Program-made: the position numbers and the translations under genes | In this document: in pieces, positions 9,864-17,943 of the stretch | How positions within the stretch are numbered: the first letter of the stretch is position 1 | Layout: the number at the start of each line of letters is the position of its first letter | Assembly: GCA_965214095.1 (NCBI GenBank) | Contig: OZ243938.1 | Coordinates: forward strand, 4,064,001 to 4,128,000 | From: Candidatus Poribacteria bacterium | Lineage (GTDB): Bacteria; Poribacteria; WGA-4E; WGA-3G | DNA: 64,000 bases | Direction of reading: 5' to 3' | The notes under the pieces: generated by a model | Told to the model about the DNA's origin: nothing | Seen by the model: the letters and a program-made list of their open reading frames with translations, nothing else | Databases searched by the model: none

Positions 9864-11097
9864 TAATAAAAAACAGTTAAGAAATACCATCACGGTATTT
9901 ATCTGTCTCATGTCTGTTGCTTATGTCCAATTTGCTGTTGCTGAGTTCAGTTACGGTGGCTATTACAAAAACTTCTTTACCGCATTCAAGACACCACTTC
10001 CTGACCGTCCGCTGATGGGTGCTGCGGTTAATAGATTACGTCTAAACTTATCTTACAATCCTACTGACATAGTTTCCTTTGTTTTTGCTTATGATACTGC
10101 GCCGCGTGTTCAAGATCCTTCGCTTTTTTCTGAGTCCCCATTTGCAGTCGGTATCGCTTCTTCAAACTACCGCGCAATAGATTTTGAATCCTTGCTATAT
10201 CCAGATGCTGATAGTTCAATCGGTAGTGTAGGTATCTATCACAATCTTGATCGTGCATCAGTACAGATTAGTACCGATTTTGCCGACATATCCATCGGTA
10301 GAGATGCTGTTGCATGGGGGAGTGCGCGAGTAGTTAACCCAACTGATGTTGTTGCACCTTATACTCACGATCAATTGGACACAGAAGACCGAGTAGGTGT
10401 TGACGCACTACGTATTCGTATTCCAATCGGTATGTTGGGAGAAATAGATACAGGATACATCTTTGGAACAGATTTTGACTTTGACAAAAGTGTAATCTTT
10501 CTTAGAACACAGATGAACGCTGCCGAAACCGATTTCTCAATGCTATTAATGGAGCTTCAGAGAGATTTGCTGATTGGACTTGATGTCACCCGCGGTATAT
10601 TAGGTGCTGGATTCTGGTTGGAAACTGCTTATGTGATAACAAAAGCTTTTGTTGAGAAAGCAGATTCAGCGAATAACTATCTGCGAACTTCAGTGGGTTT
10701 AGATTATAGTTTCAATGGTGAAACATACACATTCATTGAGTATCACTACAACGGAGCAGGGATAGATAATCCTGATAACTATCTCACTAACATTGAGCAA
10801 TCTGCTTATACACGTGGGGGTGTTTATCTTTTAGGTGTTCACTATCTTGCTCCTGGGATTAACCATCAACTAACCCCACTGATTAGTCTCGGAGGACAAT
10901 TATTGATAAACCTAACAGACCCCTCCATCTGGCTTGCACCAAATGTAGCGTATAACATCGCAGAAGACATCCATCTCTCTGTAGGTGGATTGATAAGTTT
11001 TGGAAGAACACCGACAAACGAAGATTCAACCCAGTTCAAATCCGAATTTGGTAGCTACCCAAATCTTTTTTTTACATCAATTAGCGTCTATTATTGA
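9850..11097 (+). CDS. Putative outer-membrane beta-barrel protein
   Basis: Signal peptide (AVA-EF), aromatic-rich beta strands, terminal SVYY; last gene of the operon. Confidence 0.65.
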   Translation: MRQNSNKKQLRNTITVFICLMSVAYVQFAVAEFSYGGYYKNFFTAFKTPLPDRPLMGAAVNRLRLNLSYNPTDIVSFVFAYDTAPRVQDPSLFSESPFAVGIASSNYRAIDFESLLYPDADSSIGSVGIYHNLDRASVQISTDFADISIGRDAVAWGSARVVNPTDVVAPYTHDQLDTEDRVGVDALRIRIPIGMLGEIDTGYIFGTDFDFDKSVIFLRTQMNAAETDFSMLLMELQRDLLIGLDVTRGILGAGFWLETAYVITKAFVEKADSANNYLRTSVGLDYSFNGETYTFIEYHYNGAGIDNPDNYLTNIEQSAYTRGGVYLLGVHYLAPGINHQLTPLISLGGQLLINLTDPSIWLAPNVAYNIAEDIHLSVGGLISFGRTPTNEDSTQFKSEFGSYPNLFFTSISVYY

Positions 11098-11169
11098 TCC
11101 ACGTCTTTCACATAAACCATTGTAGGGTGGTGTCTCTGTGCCCGCACTATTAGGCATTTTCCCCAGGCC

Positions 11170-11266
11170 GGTAGGTTCGGTTTCCTAACCGAACCGGATC
11201 TTCCGCTAGAACCCTCTGACATAGCGTTTGGCGCAAAGCCGGTTCGGTTAGGAAACCGAACCTACC
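11170..11266. repeat. GTAG-family REP-like doublet (perfect 28-bp inverted repeat)
   Basis: GGTAGGTTCGGTTTCCTAACCGAACCGG (11170-11197) and its exact reverse complement (11239-11266); each arm is itself a hairpin. Confidence 0.85.
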
Positions 11267-11441
11267 ACCTCTGGAAGGACACTAAATTGATGCCTATGGG
11301 CAAACAATTACACACTCCACACAAGGCAATTCATTAGCAATCATTCACTGTATATGGTAATATACTGAGCGAAGTACATCTAAGAAATTAACAACACTAT
11401 ATACTTGAATGTAGAGGATTTAGAAATCAGCGAGAGAACTT

Positions 11442-12155
11442 ATGGACAATTGTTGCCACGAAAAAGCAGACGAACTTGAAGAACTCCGAGAGAAACAATC
11501 CAAAACCTTGTGGATTGTCCTTGCCATCAACGGTGTCATGTTCTGTGTAGAAATGGTTGTAGGTATACTGGCAGGTTCAGTTGCTCTGCAGGCTGATTCT
11601 CTTGATATGATGAGCGATACTTTGGTCTACGGATTCAGTCTATACGCAATTGGAAAAAGTTACCGTTGGCGTGCTGGGTCTGCCTTGCTCAAGGGTAGTA
11701 TTATGGCAATCTTTGGTGTAGGCGTGTTGATCCAAAGCTGCTATAAATTTCTCGCGGGTGGAATTCCTGAGTCTAACTTCATGTTTGCCATGAGTTTAAT
11801 CGCTCTGGCTGCAAATTTGAGTTGTCTGATATTATTGTCAAGGCACAAGTCAGATGATATAAATATGCGTTCAACTTGGATATGCTCGCGAAACGACATC
11901 ATTGCTAACTCAAGTGTATTTGTCGCTGCTGCTCTCGTTGCAATCACAAACTCAATGTTGCCAGATGTGATTGTAGGTCTATTAATTACAGGTATCTTTA
12001 TTAAGTCTGCTGTCTCAGTTTTAAGAGATTCGGTGAGAGAATTGCGTGAACCGGATACCCTCCCGACACAAGTATCTGTTGTTAAGTTTGAACCTGTAGA
12101 AGAACTGTGTAGTGCGGGAATATGTCCAGTAAACGCATGCCAGTGTCAGGCTTGA
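11442..12155 (+). CDS. Cation diffusion facilitator (CzcD-like) metal transporter with Cys-rich termini
   Basis: SVALQADSLDMMSD and NMRSTWICSRND metal-site motifs, about 6 TMs; MDNCCHE N-terminus; CSAGICPVNACQC C-terminus. Confidence 0.85.
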   Translation: MDNCCHEKADELEELREKQSKTLWIVLAINGVMFCVEMVVGILAGSVALQADSLDMMSDTLVYGFSLYAIGKSYRWRAGSALLKGSIMAIFGVGVLIQSCYKFLAGGIPESNFMFAMSLIALAANLSCLILLSRHKSDDINMRSTWICSRNDIIANSSVFVAAALVAITNSMLPDVIVGLLITGIFIKSAVSVLRDSVRELREPDTLPTQVSVVKFEPVEELCSAGICPVNACQCQA

Positions 12156-12158
12156 AAA

Positions 12159-13370
12159 CTATTCTGATACCAGACCTAAATCAGATGAAATTGCCTTATC
12201 CCAATCTGCTGTAAATTCCCACCAATTTGACATAACCCTATTCTCATACTTGATACCGTTGTTATGTCCAGGCATATTCTGCATCCAGTATATATACCAC
12301 TTAGACTCTATCAGTTGTTGTATCTTATCACGGTCTTTATCGGGAAATGCATACTTCAGTTTGCCATAAGTATCTACATTGACAAGTGTTTTCTTTCCGC
12401 TATTGTCTGGTGTCCAATCTTCAATATCACTTTCAACTAAGGTCATCGTTTCAGTATAGTCATAATGTTTGGTCGTATTCGGTGGCATGTGCGTCCATCC
12501 AGCACGACCAGTAATGAAGTTACCTTCTTTGTCTTGGCCAACAAATCTCTTCCAAAACAGGTCTGTATTACCAAATTGCAGTTGATTGACATGGCTCAAT
12601 ATCGCTTCCAATTGATGTCCATGATTGTGTACCGCTTCTGCATGACTTCTTCTGAAGTTTTGTCCATAAACTGTATATGTTGACTTATAGATGGGTAGAT
12701 CTGTGTTATCTCGATTACTATTGGAAATATCTCCTGTCAATGGACTTGACATGTTGGATTCCCACCAGTTTCTAAAATCCTCTGGTTTATGGATATTCGG
12801 GTCATAGCACGGAAAATCAGAGGTCACACCACCCATCCACATCCATATTTCCTTGACACCTAAATCGTTCACATAATGCTCAATGTTGAAACGTTCAAAT
12901 ATCTTATGGTAATCCGGGGAATACAGCGGCGTGCCATCGGCTAAATGCTGACTGACAGGACCCTTTGGAGTCTGCTCATAAACGGTTATATATTCCACAA
13001 CACGATAACCAATAGAAGGTACTGCTGTTGAGTTTTTATATCCTCTAAATCTGGTGCCTTCTTCAAGCATAAACTTAACCCGTTTATCAAATTGATCTAT
13101 CCTTGTTTTGAGTTCATCAAGGCTTATTTCACCTAAATCCCAAAAGTCCGGTGCTTTTGAAATATCCAGATTGATACCATCAGTAGTAGGCAGAAACCTC
13201 ATAATTACAACAGGTATTTCATTGAGATGTCCTGCTGCAGGAGTCGCTAAATATGGATCAATTTTCTCATAAACTGGCGATATTTCTTCTGCAAATACTT
13301 GTCTGGATTGCGTTAACATAACGATGAACACAACTCCTAATATAAGTGTTTTGATTTTATATATTGTCAT
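12159..13370 (-). CDS. Secreted hypothetical protein with His-rich (HNHGH) motif
   Basis: Long ORF with signal peptide (VFA-EE); start moved to 13370 because the upstream part overlaps a terminator. Confidence 0.7.
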   Translation of the reverse strand: MTIYKIKTLILGVVFIVMLTQSRQVFAEEISPVYEKIDPYLATPAAGHLNEIPVVIMRFLPTTDGINLDISKAPDFWDLGEISLDELKTRIDQFDKRVKFMLEEGTRFRGYKNSTAVPSIGYRVVEYITVYEQTPKGPVSQHLADGTPLYSPDYHKIFERFNIEHYVNDLGVKEIWMWMGGVTSDFPCYDPNIHKPEDFRNWWESNMSSPLTGDISNSNRDNTDLPIYKSTYTVYGQNFRRSHAEAVHNHGHQLEAILSHVNQLQFGNTDLFWKRFVGQDKEGNFITGRAGWTHMPPNTTKHYDYTETMTLVESDIEDWTPDNSGKKTLVNVDTYGKLKYAFPDKDRDKIQQLIESKWYIYWMQNMPGHNNGIKYENRVMSNWWEFTADWDKAISSDLGLVSE

Positions 13371-13377
13371 AAAACAT

Positions 13378-13413
13378 AAAAAGAAACCCCATGGCTGTGA
13401 GGCACATGAGGGT
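13378..13413 (-). terminator. Intrinsic terminator after the HMA genes
   Basis: Minus strand ACCCTCATG...CATGGGGT stem (one bulge) followed by TTCTTTTT. Confidence 0.55.
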
Positions 13414-13493
13414 ATTAAATTGTGTGTTTTACCACTTGGCATTGAGATAAATGGAGTTACATAATGACTCCGCTCAACACATTCAAATCTGAT

Positions 13494-13850
13494 TTATTCC
13501 TCAGCTGAAGCAATAACAGAAGCAGTAAAACGCGGCTTTCCATCCATTTCTTCTATTGCAGCAACAGCATCTGTTAATGCAGTAGTATCCACTTTACCTT
13601 TCTCAACCTTCACAACGGCTTTTTCATCAGCTTGTGAAACAGTCACGACTTCTGTGACACCTGCAACATCCTTAAGTGCAGACTGCACTTTGGAAACACA
13701 AGAGCCTCAAGCCAGACCTGTTACGGCTAAGCTGATTTCTTCAACAACAATGTCTGCAGTTTGATTTTCTGCTGTGTCTTCTTTCTGCTGATTTGCACAA
13801 CCAAAGGCAACAAGCATCAAAACCACGATAAAAAACGATTTCTTCAACAT
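13494..13850 (-). CDS. HMA-domain lipoprotein, predicted selenoprotein (GLA-U-GSC), 118 aa
   Basis: ATG 13850 with upstream GAGGA RBS; lipobox AFGC; in-frame TGA (13709-13707) at the first Cys of the GMxCxxC motif; frame continues into the HMA fold (VQSALKDVAGV); SECIS-like hairpin. Confidence 0.85.
13674..13690 (-). promoter_or_regulatory. Candidate bacterial SECIS hairpin
   Basis: AAGTGCA-GTC-TGCACTT, 16 nt after the UGA. Confidence 0.7.
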
Positions 13851-14013
13851 TTCTTATATGTCCTCATAATAAGATAGATTATAAACACAATTAAGGATAC
13901 TTATTAGGTTTATAATCTATCTCAATCAATTTGCCTCAATCATCTTATGACAATCAAGCAATATATGTAAAAAGTATCAGATGAAGGACGGTTTAACTCG
14001 TCCTACAAGACTA

Positions 14014-14400
14014 TTAATTGGCAATAGATGCGGTAAAGCGAGCATCGGCATCATCAATTGCTTTGATGATGGTATCGTTTGTAACTTTGCCCTTTTCCAC
14101 CTTAACGACGACCAATTTTGTTTCTCTGGAAACACTGATGATCTCTTCTACACCCGTGACCTTCTTTAGTGCAGACTGCACTATGGCGGGACACGAACCT
14201 CATGTCATGCCCTCCACCTGAAAAGTCACTTCCTGATACATAGGTTTTTCTGCTGTTTTTTCCGTGGTTTTTTCCATCGGTGTTTCACCAGCGGCCATTT
14301 CGGTCTCTTCAGCCATTTCTGCTTCTTGACCCATCATAGCACAACCTGTCAGGAGTGCAAAGGTAACGAGAGTAATCAGCGCAAATTTCGCGATATACAT
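14014..14400 (-). CDS. HMA-domain lipoprotein, predicted selenoprotein (GMT-U-GSC), 128 aa
   Basis: GGAGG RBS; lipobox LTGC; TGA (14202-14200) in VEGMT-U-GSCPAIVQSALKKVTGV; frame open to TAA at 14014; paralog of the 13494-13850 gene. Confidence 0.87.
14167..14183 (-). promoter_or_regulatory. Candidate bacterial SECIS hairpin
   Basis: TAGTGCA-GTC-TGCACTA, 16 nt after the UGA; closing pair covaries with the paralog's hairpin. Confidence 0.7.
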
Positions 14401-14521
14401 CGTTATACCTCCTTTGTTATTTACATAACTATGTTATCATATTGAAATATATATTGTCAAGTTAATTATTTGGAATATAGGGTGTTTCTGGTGAAGTATA
14501 AGAATAATTGGACACACCACC

Positions 14522-14638
14522 GTAGGAGCGATCTCAGAATCGCGACATAACACAGTGATAATCGGGAATCGGAGTTCCCTCCTACACATCCAAAATCTAA
14601 AAGAAAATAAACCGTTCGTAGTCGCGCAATTCATTGCG
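14522..14638. repeat. Cluster of GTAG-type REP-like palindromes
   Basis: GTAGGAGCGATCTCAGAATCGCGA (14522-14545) inverted to TCGGGAATCGGAGTTCCCTCCTAC (14562-14585); GTAGTCGCGCAATTCATTGCG (14618-14638). Confidence 0.7.
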
Positions 14639-14642
14639 ACTT

Positions 14643-15437
14643 TTACATTATCTGACTTAATGAGAGCAGTGAATTTTCAACTCTTTTTCTGTTGGAATGT
14701 TCTCTATGAGCATCAAGGAAGGGAAAGATTTTCTGAAGACGTAAAAGCTGCTTTTGAACAGCTGCAGCTCTTTCAAATTGCAGTAATGCCGAAGCCGAAT
14801 TTCGTTTAGCAACCAAATTCTCTTGAACTCTTAGATAGTTGCCATCAAGCAAATGGATGATATTCATTATCGTTTCACTATAGAGTTCTTGAGTGATGCG
14901 TGCAGCACAAGGCGCATAACATCGCTTCATATCATATTGTAGACAGGCACGGTATCCTTCTTGCGGTGTGATGCTACCTTGACAAGTGCGCACCATAAAG
15001 ATACGTTGCAACACATCAATTGCCTCATCCGTCCATCTTCGACTGGAAAGTGGCCCGAAGTATCTCGCTTCATCATTATAAATCTCAGGGACTCTCTCAA
15101 GAAGTGGAAAATCATCTGCAACATTGATGCGAATATACCAAGTCTGCGTGCCATACTTCAACGCAGAATTATAGGTGGGTTGGTGTTCTTTAATAAGACG
15201 CGATTCAAGAAACAGTGCTTCCTGTTCCGATTGACACACATGATAATCTACAGACGCTGTCCATCTGATTAATCGTTTGATCTTGGAACGACGTTTCTTA
15301 ACTTTATGCACATAAGAACGGACACGTTTACGTAGACATTTTGCTTTACCTATGTACAAGATCTTACCTGATGCACCATAGAAAAAGTAGACACCTGGAT
15401 CCATTGGGATGTCTTGGACCATATCTTTCGTTAGCAT
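14643..15437 (-). CDS. GIY-YIG nuclease with UVR domain (UvrC N-terminal half, Cho-like)
   Basis: PGVYFF...LYIGKAKCLRKRVRSY, ESRLIKEHQPTYN, Cys cluster CLQY...CYAPC, LQFERAA UVR motif; no C-terminal RNase H or HhH domains. Confidence 0.85.
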   Translation of the reverse strand: MLTKDMVQDIPMDPGVYFFYGASGKILYIGKAKCLRKRVRSYVHKVKKRRSKIKRLIRWTASVDYHVCQSEQEALFLESRLIKEHQPTYNSALKYGTQTWYIRINVADDFPLLERVPEIYNDEARYFGPLSSRRWTDEAIDVLQRIFMVRTCQGSITPQEGYRACLQYDMKRCYAPCAARITQELYSETIMNIIHLLDGNYLRVQENLVAKRNSASALLQFERAAAVQKQLLRLQKIFPFLDAHREHSNRKRVENSLLSLSQIM

Positions 15438-15765
15438 ATTTGTGTTTTCTGTGTAATCAGTGGGGTTTCCTGAAAATGACGATATTATTCTGTTTGACTC
15501 GGACTAAAAAAACTGCTAATTTGTTGTAACGAAATATTGCAAAATTGAGAAGATGAAATGTCAATAAACAAGCATTATTACTTTTTCGCGCTTAATGCAC
15601 TACAACCCCTTTTACAGTATAGTTTCTCCGCTATCAACAACGCTTTTAAAATGACTACGTATATTTTATAGGTTTGGTTACAAAATAGTTGAGTTTTTTA
15701 CTGCTTTTTTCGAATCTTAATGAAAATTGAACTAAATGACTTCATTTTGCTGAAGGAATGTTTTT

Positions 15766-16623
15766 ATGAAACAATGGGAACCGACCACAAAGGAAAAAGA
15801 AAAATACGAAAATGATGGATATTTCATCCTTCGTAATGTCATTTCGCAAGACATTACTGCCGAACTACGCGGTGTAATCCGAAATGTCATCATGCTTCCT
15901 GAACCCGGACAGTTTGTTGACATTGACCCTATGGATCCGATGGTTGATTCTCCGCAAGGAAGAATTGCGCGATACCGAAAACTTGCTAATTTCTGTGTTC
16001 AATCCCCACTGATTTGGCTCAATATCTATGCAGGAGAAAAACTGCTCAACATAGCACGGCATTTTCTTGGGGACGACATCATAATGAAATATAACAGTTG
16101 TTTCCTAAAACCTGCACGGACTGGCAGTGTAACACCTTGGCATCAAGACAATGGACTATGGCGTGATGGGGAAACAGAACCCTTTAATTTTTGGATACCA
16201 CTTGAACCTGCAACTAGGGAAAATGGATGCATGCAATTTATACCCGGTAGCCACAAAACTGAGATAATTGAACACGTCCGATATCCTGATAGTATACACG
16301 GTGAACTCCCCCGTGAAGATGTGAAGAAGATGCTGGAAAAACATAGTGTGCATCATATTGAATTGGATGCTGGGGATGTCGTCTTTTGGCACAGTAGTAT
16401 GTGGCACTATAGTCCACCAAATAAGAGTAACAAAAGCCGCATTGCAGTTGCAGGTGTATGGACAAATCCTCAAATTATTGAAAACAGTAGACATTACTGG
16501 CAGAACTTACGTTGGGTGATGAAAAAAGGTAAAGTTTGCACACAATTTCCACCTGAAACTGTTAAGCTTGAGAACGGAAATACGGATCCTACAGAACCAT
16601 TTCGAATTGCTAAGGAATATTAG
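15766..16623 (+). CDS. Phytanoyl-CoA dioxygenase (PhyH) family 2OG-Fe(II) oxygenase
   Basis: TPWHQD (HxD), ENGCMQFIPGSH, distal His in WHYSPPNKS...R. Confidence 0.9.
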   Translation: MKQWEPTTKEKEKYENDGYFILRNVISQDITAELRGVIRNVIMLPEPGQFVDIDPMDPMVDSPQGRIARYRKLANFCVQSPLIWLNIYAGEKLLNIARHFLGDDIIMKYNSCFLKPARTGSVTPWHQDNGLWRDGETEPFNFWIPLEPATRENGCMQFIPGSHKTEIIEHVRYPDSIHGELPREDVKKMLEKHSVHHIELDAGDVVFWHSSMWHYSPPNKSNKSRIAVAGVWTNPQIIENSRHYWQNLRWVMKKGKVCTQFPPETVKLENGNTDPTEPFRIAKEY

Positions 16624-17943
16624 ATGCAAAAACCCAACATCGTTATATACCTATCCGATGATCATGGGTGGGAATACCTCGGTTGCTACGGAAACACGGA
16701 TATCCAAACACCAAATTTAGACCGCATTGCTGATGAAGGGTTGCGTTTTACACATGCTTTTACACCTACACCGACCTGTGCTCCTTCTCGTTCAACGTTA
16801 TACACAGGTCTTTATCCTGCACGACACGGGGCAATGGGAAATCACACAGAATGTCATTCACATCTTGCTACCTTACCGAAACTGCTTAGGGAACTTGATT
16901 ACCGTGTAGCCATCGCTGGAAAAACGCATGTAAAACCAACAGAACTTTTTGACTTTGAATATATCGGCGGATTTCTCCCCAAGCGTGCAGAACATCGTAG
17001 AAAATATCGCGCTGAAGGACTTGATACCGCTCCAGTTGAAGACTTCCTATCATCACATCGTAAGGAATATCCAAATCAACCGATCTGCCTTATTCTGGGT
17101 GATAGCAATCCACATGTAACTTGGGAACCGAACAAAACATACAATCCAGACGCATTGAGTCTATCCCCTTACATCGCTGATACGCCAATCACCCGAAAGG
17201 CACTTGCAAATTACTATCAAGACATAACCACTATGGACACACGTATCGGTGATGTTGACAAAATGTTGGAAAAACATGGATATACAGACAACACACTGTT
17301 CATTTATACAACCGATCACGGTTCTGAGTTTCCGCATTGTAAGTGGACGTTGTATGATACCGGTATCCGTCTACCGTTCATTGCGAGATGGCACAGTGAA
17401 ATACCTACAGCAACCGTTACAGATGCGATGATTTCACATATTGACTTCTTACCAACACTGATAGACATCGCTGGTGGCGAACCATCAAAGAAAATGGATG
17501 GTAGAAGCTACAGAAATGTTTTATGTGGACAGCAAAAGATATTCCGTGATAAAATATACGGAACGCACACACGCGATGGAAACATGAATGTCTTTCCGCA
17601 AAGGTGTGTCCGTGATAGTCAATACAAATATATACTGAATCTAAATCCTGAAAACAGATGGACAACGCATTTTACTGAAGTGGAAAGGATTCCTGAAAGT
17701 CATGCTGAAGTTTGGAACAGTTGGGTAGAAAAGGCAAAGAGTGATGCAAAAACTGCTGAACTTGTTTTTCTAACACAACATCACCCAGTTGAGGAACTGT
17801 ATGATGTCAATGCAGATCCTTACGAATTCAATAATATAGCATTTGAGGAAACATCACATCCGATTCTTGAAGAAATGCGTACTGATGTTCAAGAATGGAT
17901 GCAATCACAAGGAGATGAAGGAAAACCTGAAAATGAACAATAA
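16624..17943 (+). CDS. Sulfatase (Cys-type, formylglycine-dependent)
   Basis: KPNIVIYLSDD, CAPSRSTLYTG (CxPxR), GKTH, TDHG, ELYD. Confidence 0.92.
   Translation: MQKPNIVIYLSDDHGWEYLGCYGNTDIQTPNLDRIADEGLRFTHAFTPTPTCAPSRSTLYTGLYPARHGAMGNHTECHSHLATLPKLLRELDYRVAIAGKTHVKPTELFDFEYIGGFLPKRAEHRRKYRAEGLDTAPVEDFLSSHRKEYPNQPICLILGDSNPHVTWEPNKTYNPDALSLSPYIADTPITRKALANYYQDITTMDTRIGDVDKMLEKHGYTDNTLFIYTTDHGSEFPHCKWTLYDTGIRLPFIARWHSEIPTATVTDAMISHIDFLPTLIDIAGGEPSKKMDGRSYRNVLCGQQKIFRDKIYGTHTRDGNMNVFPQRCVRDSQYKYILNLNPENRWTTHFTEVERIPESHAEVWNSWVEKAKSDAKTAELVFLTQHHPVEELYDVNADPYEFNNIAFEETSHPILEEMRTDVQEWMQSQGDEGKPENEQ

Noticed and set aside
11170-11266. CRISPR array
   Set aside because: Only inverted doublets are present, with no direct repeat-spacer series and no cas genes.
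12153-12155. Sec read-through at the TGA ending the Cys-rich CDF
   Set aside because: Another in-frame TGA follows three codons later, there is no SECIS-like hairpin, and the convergent gene ends immediately after.
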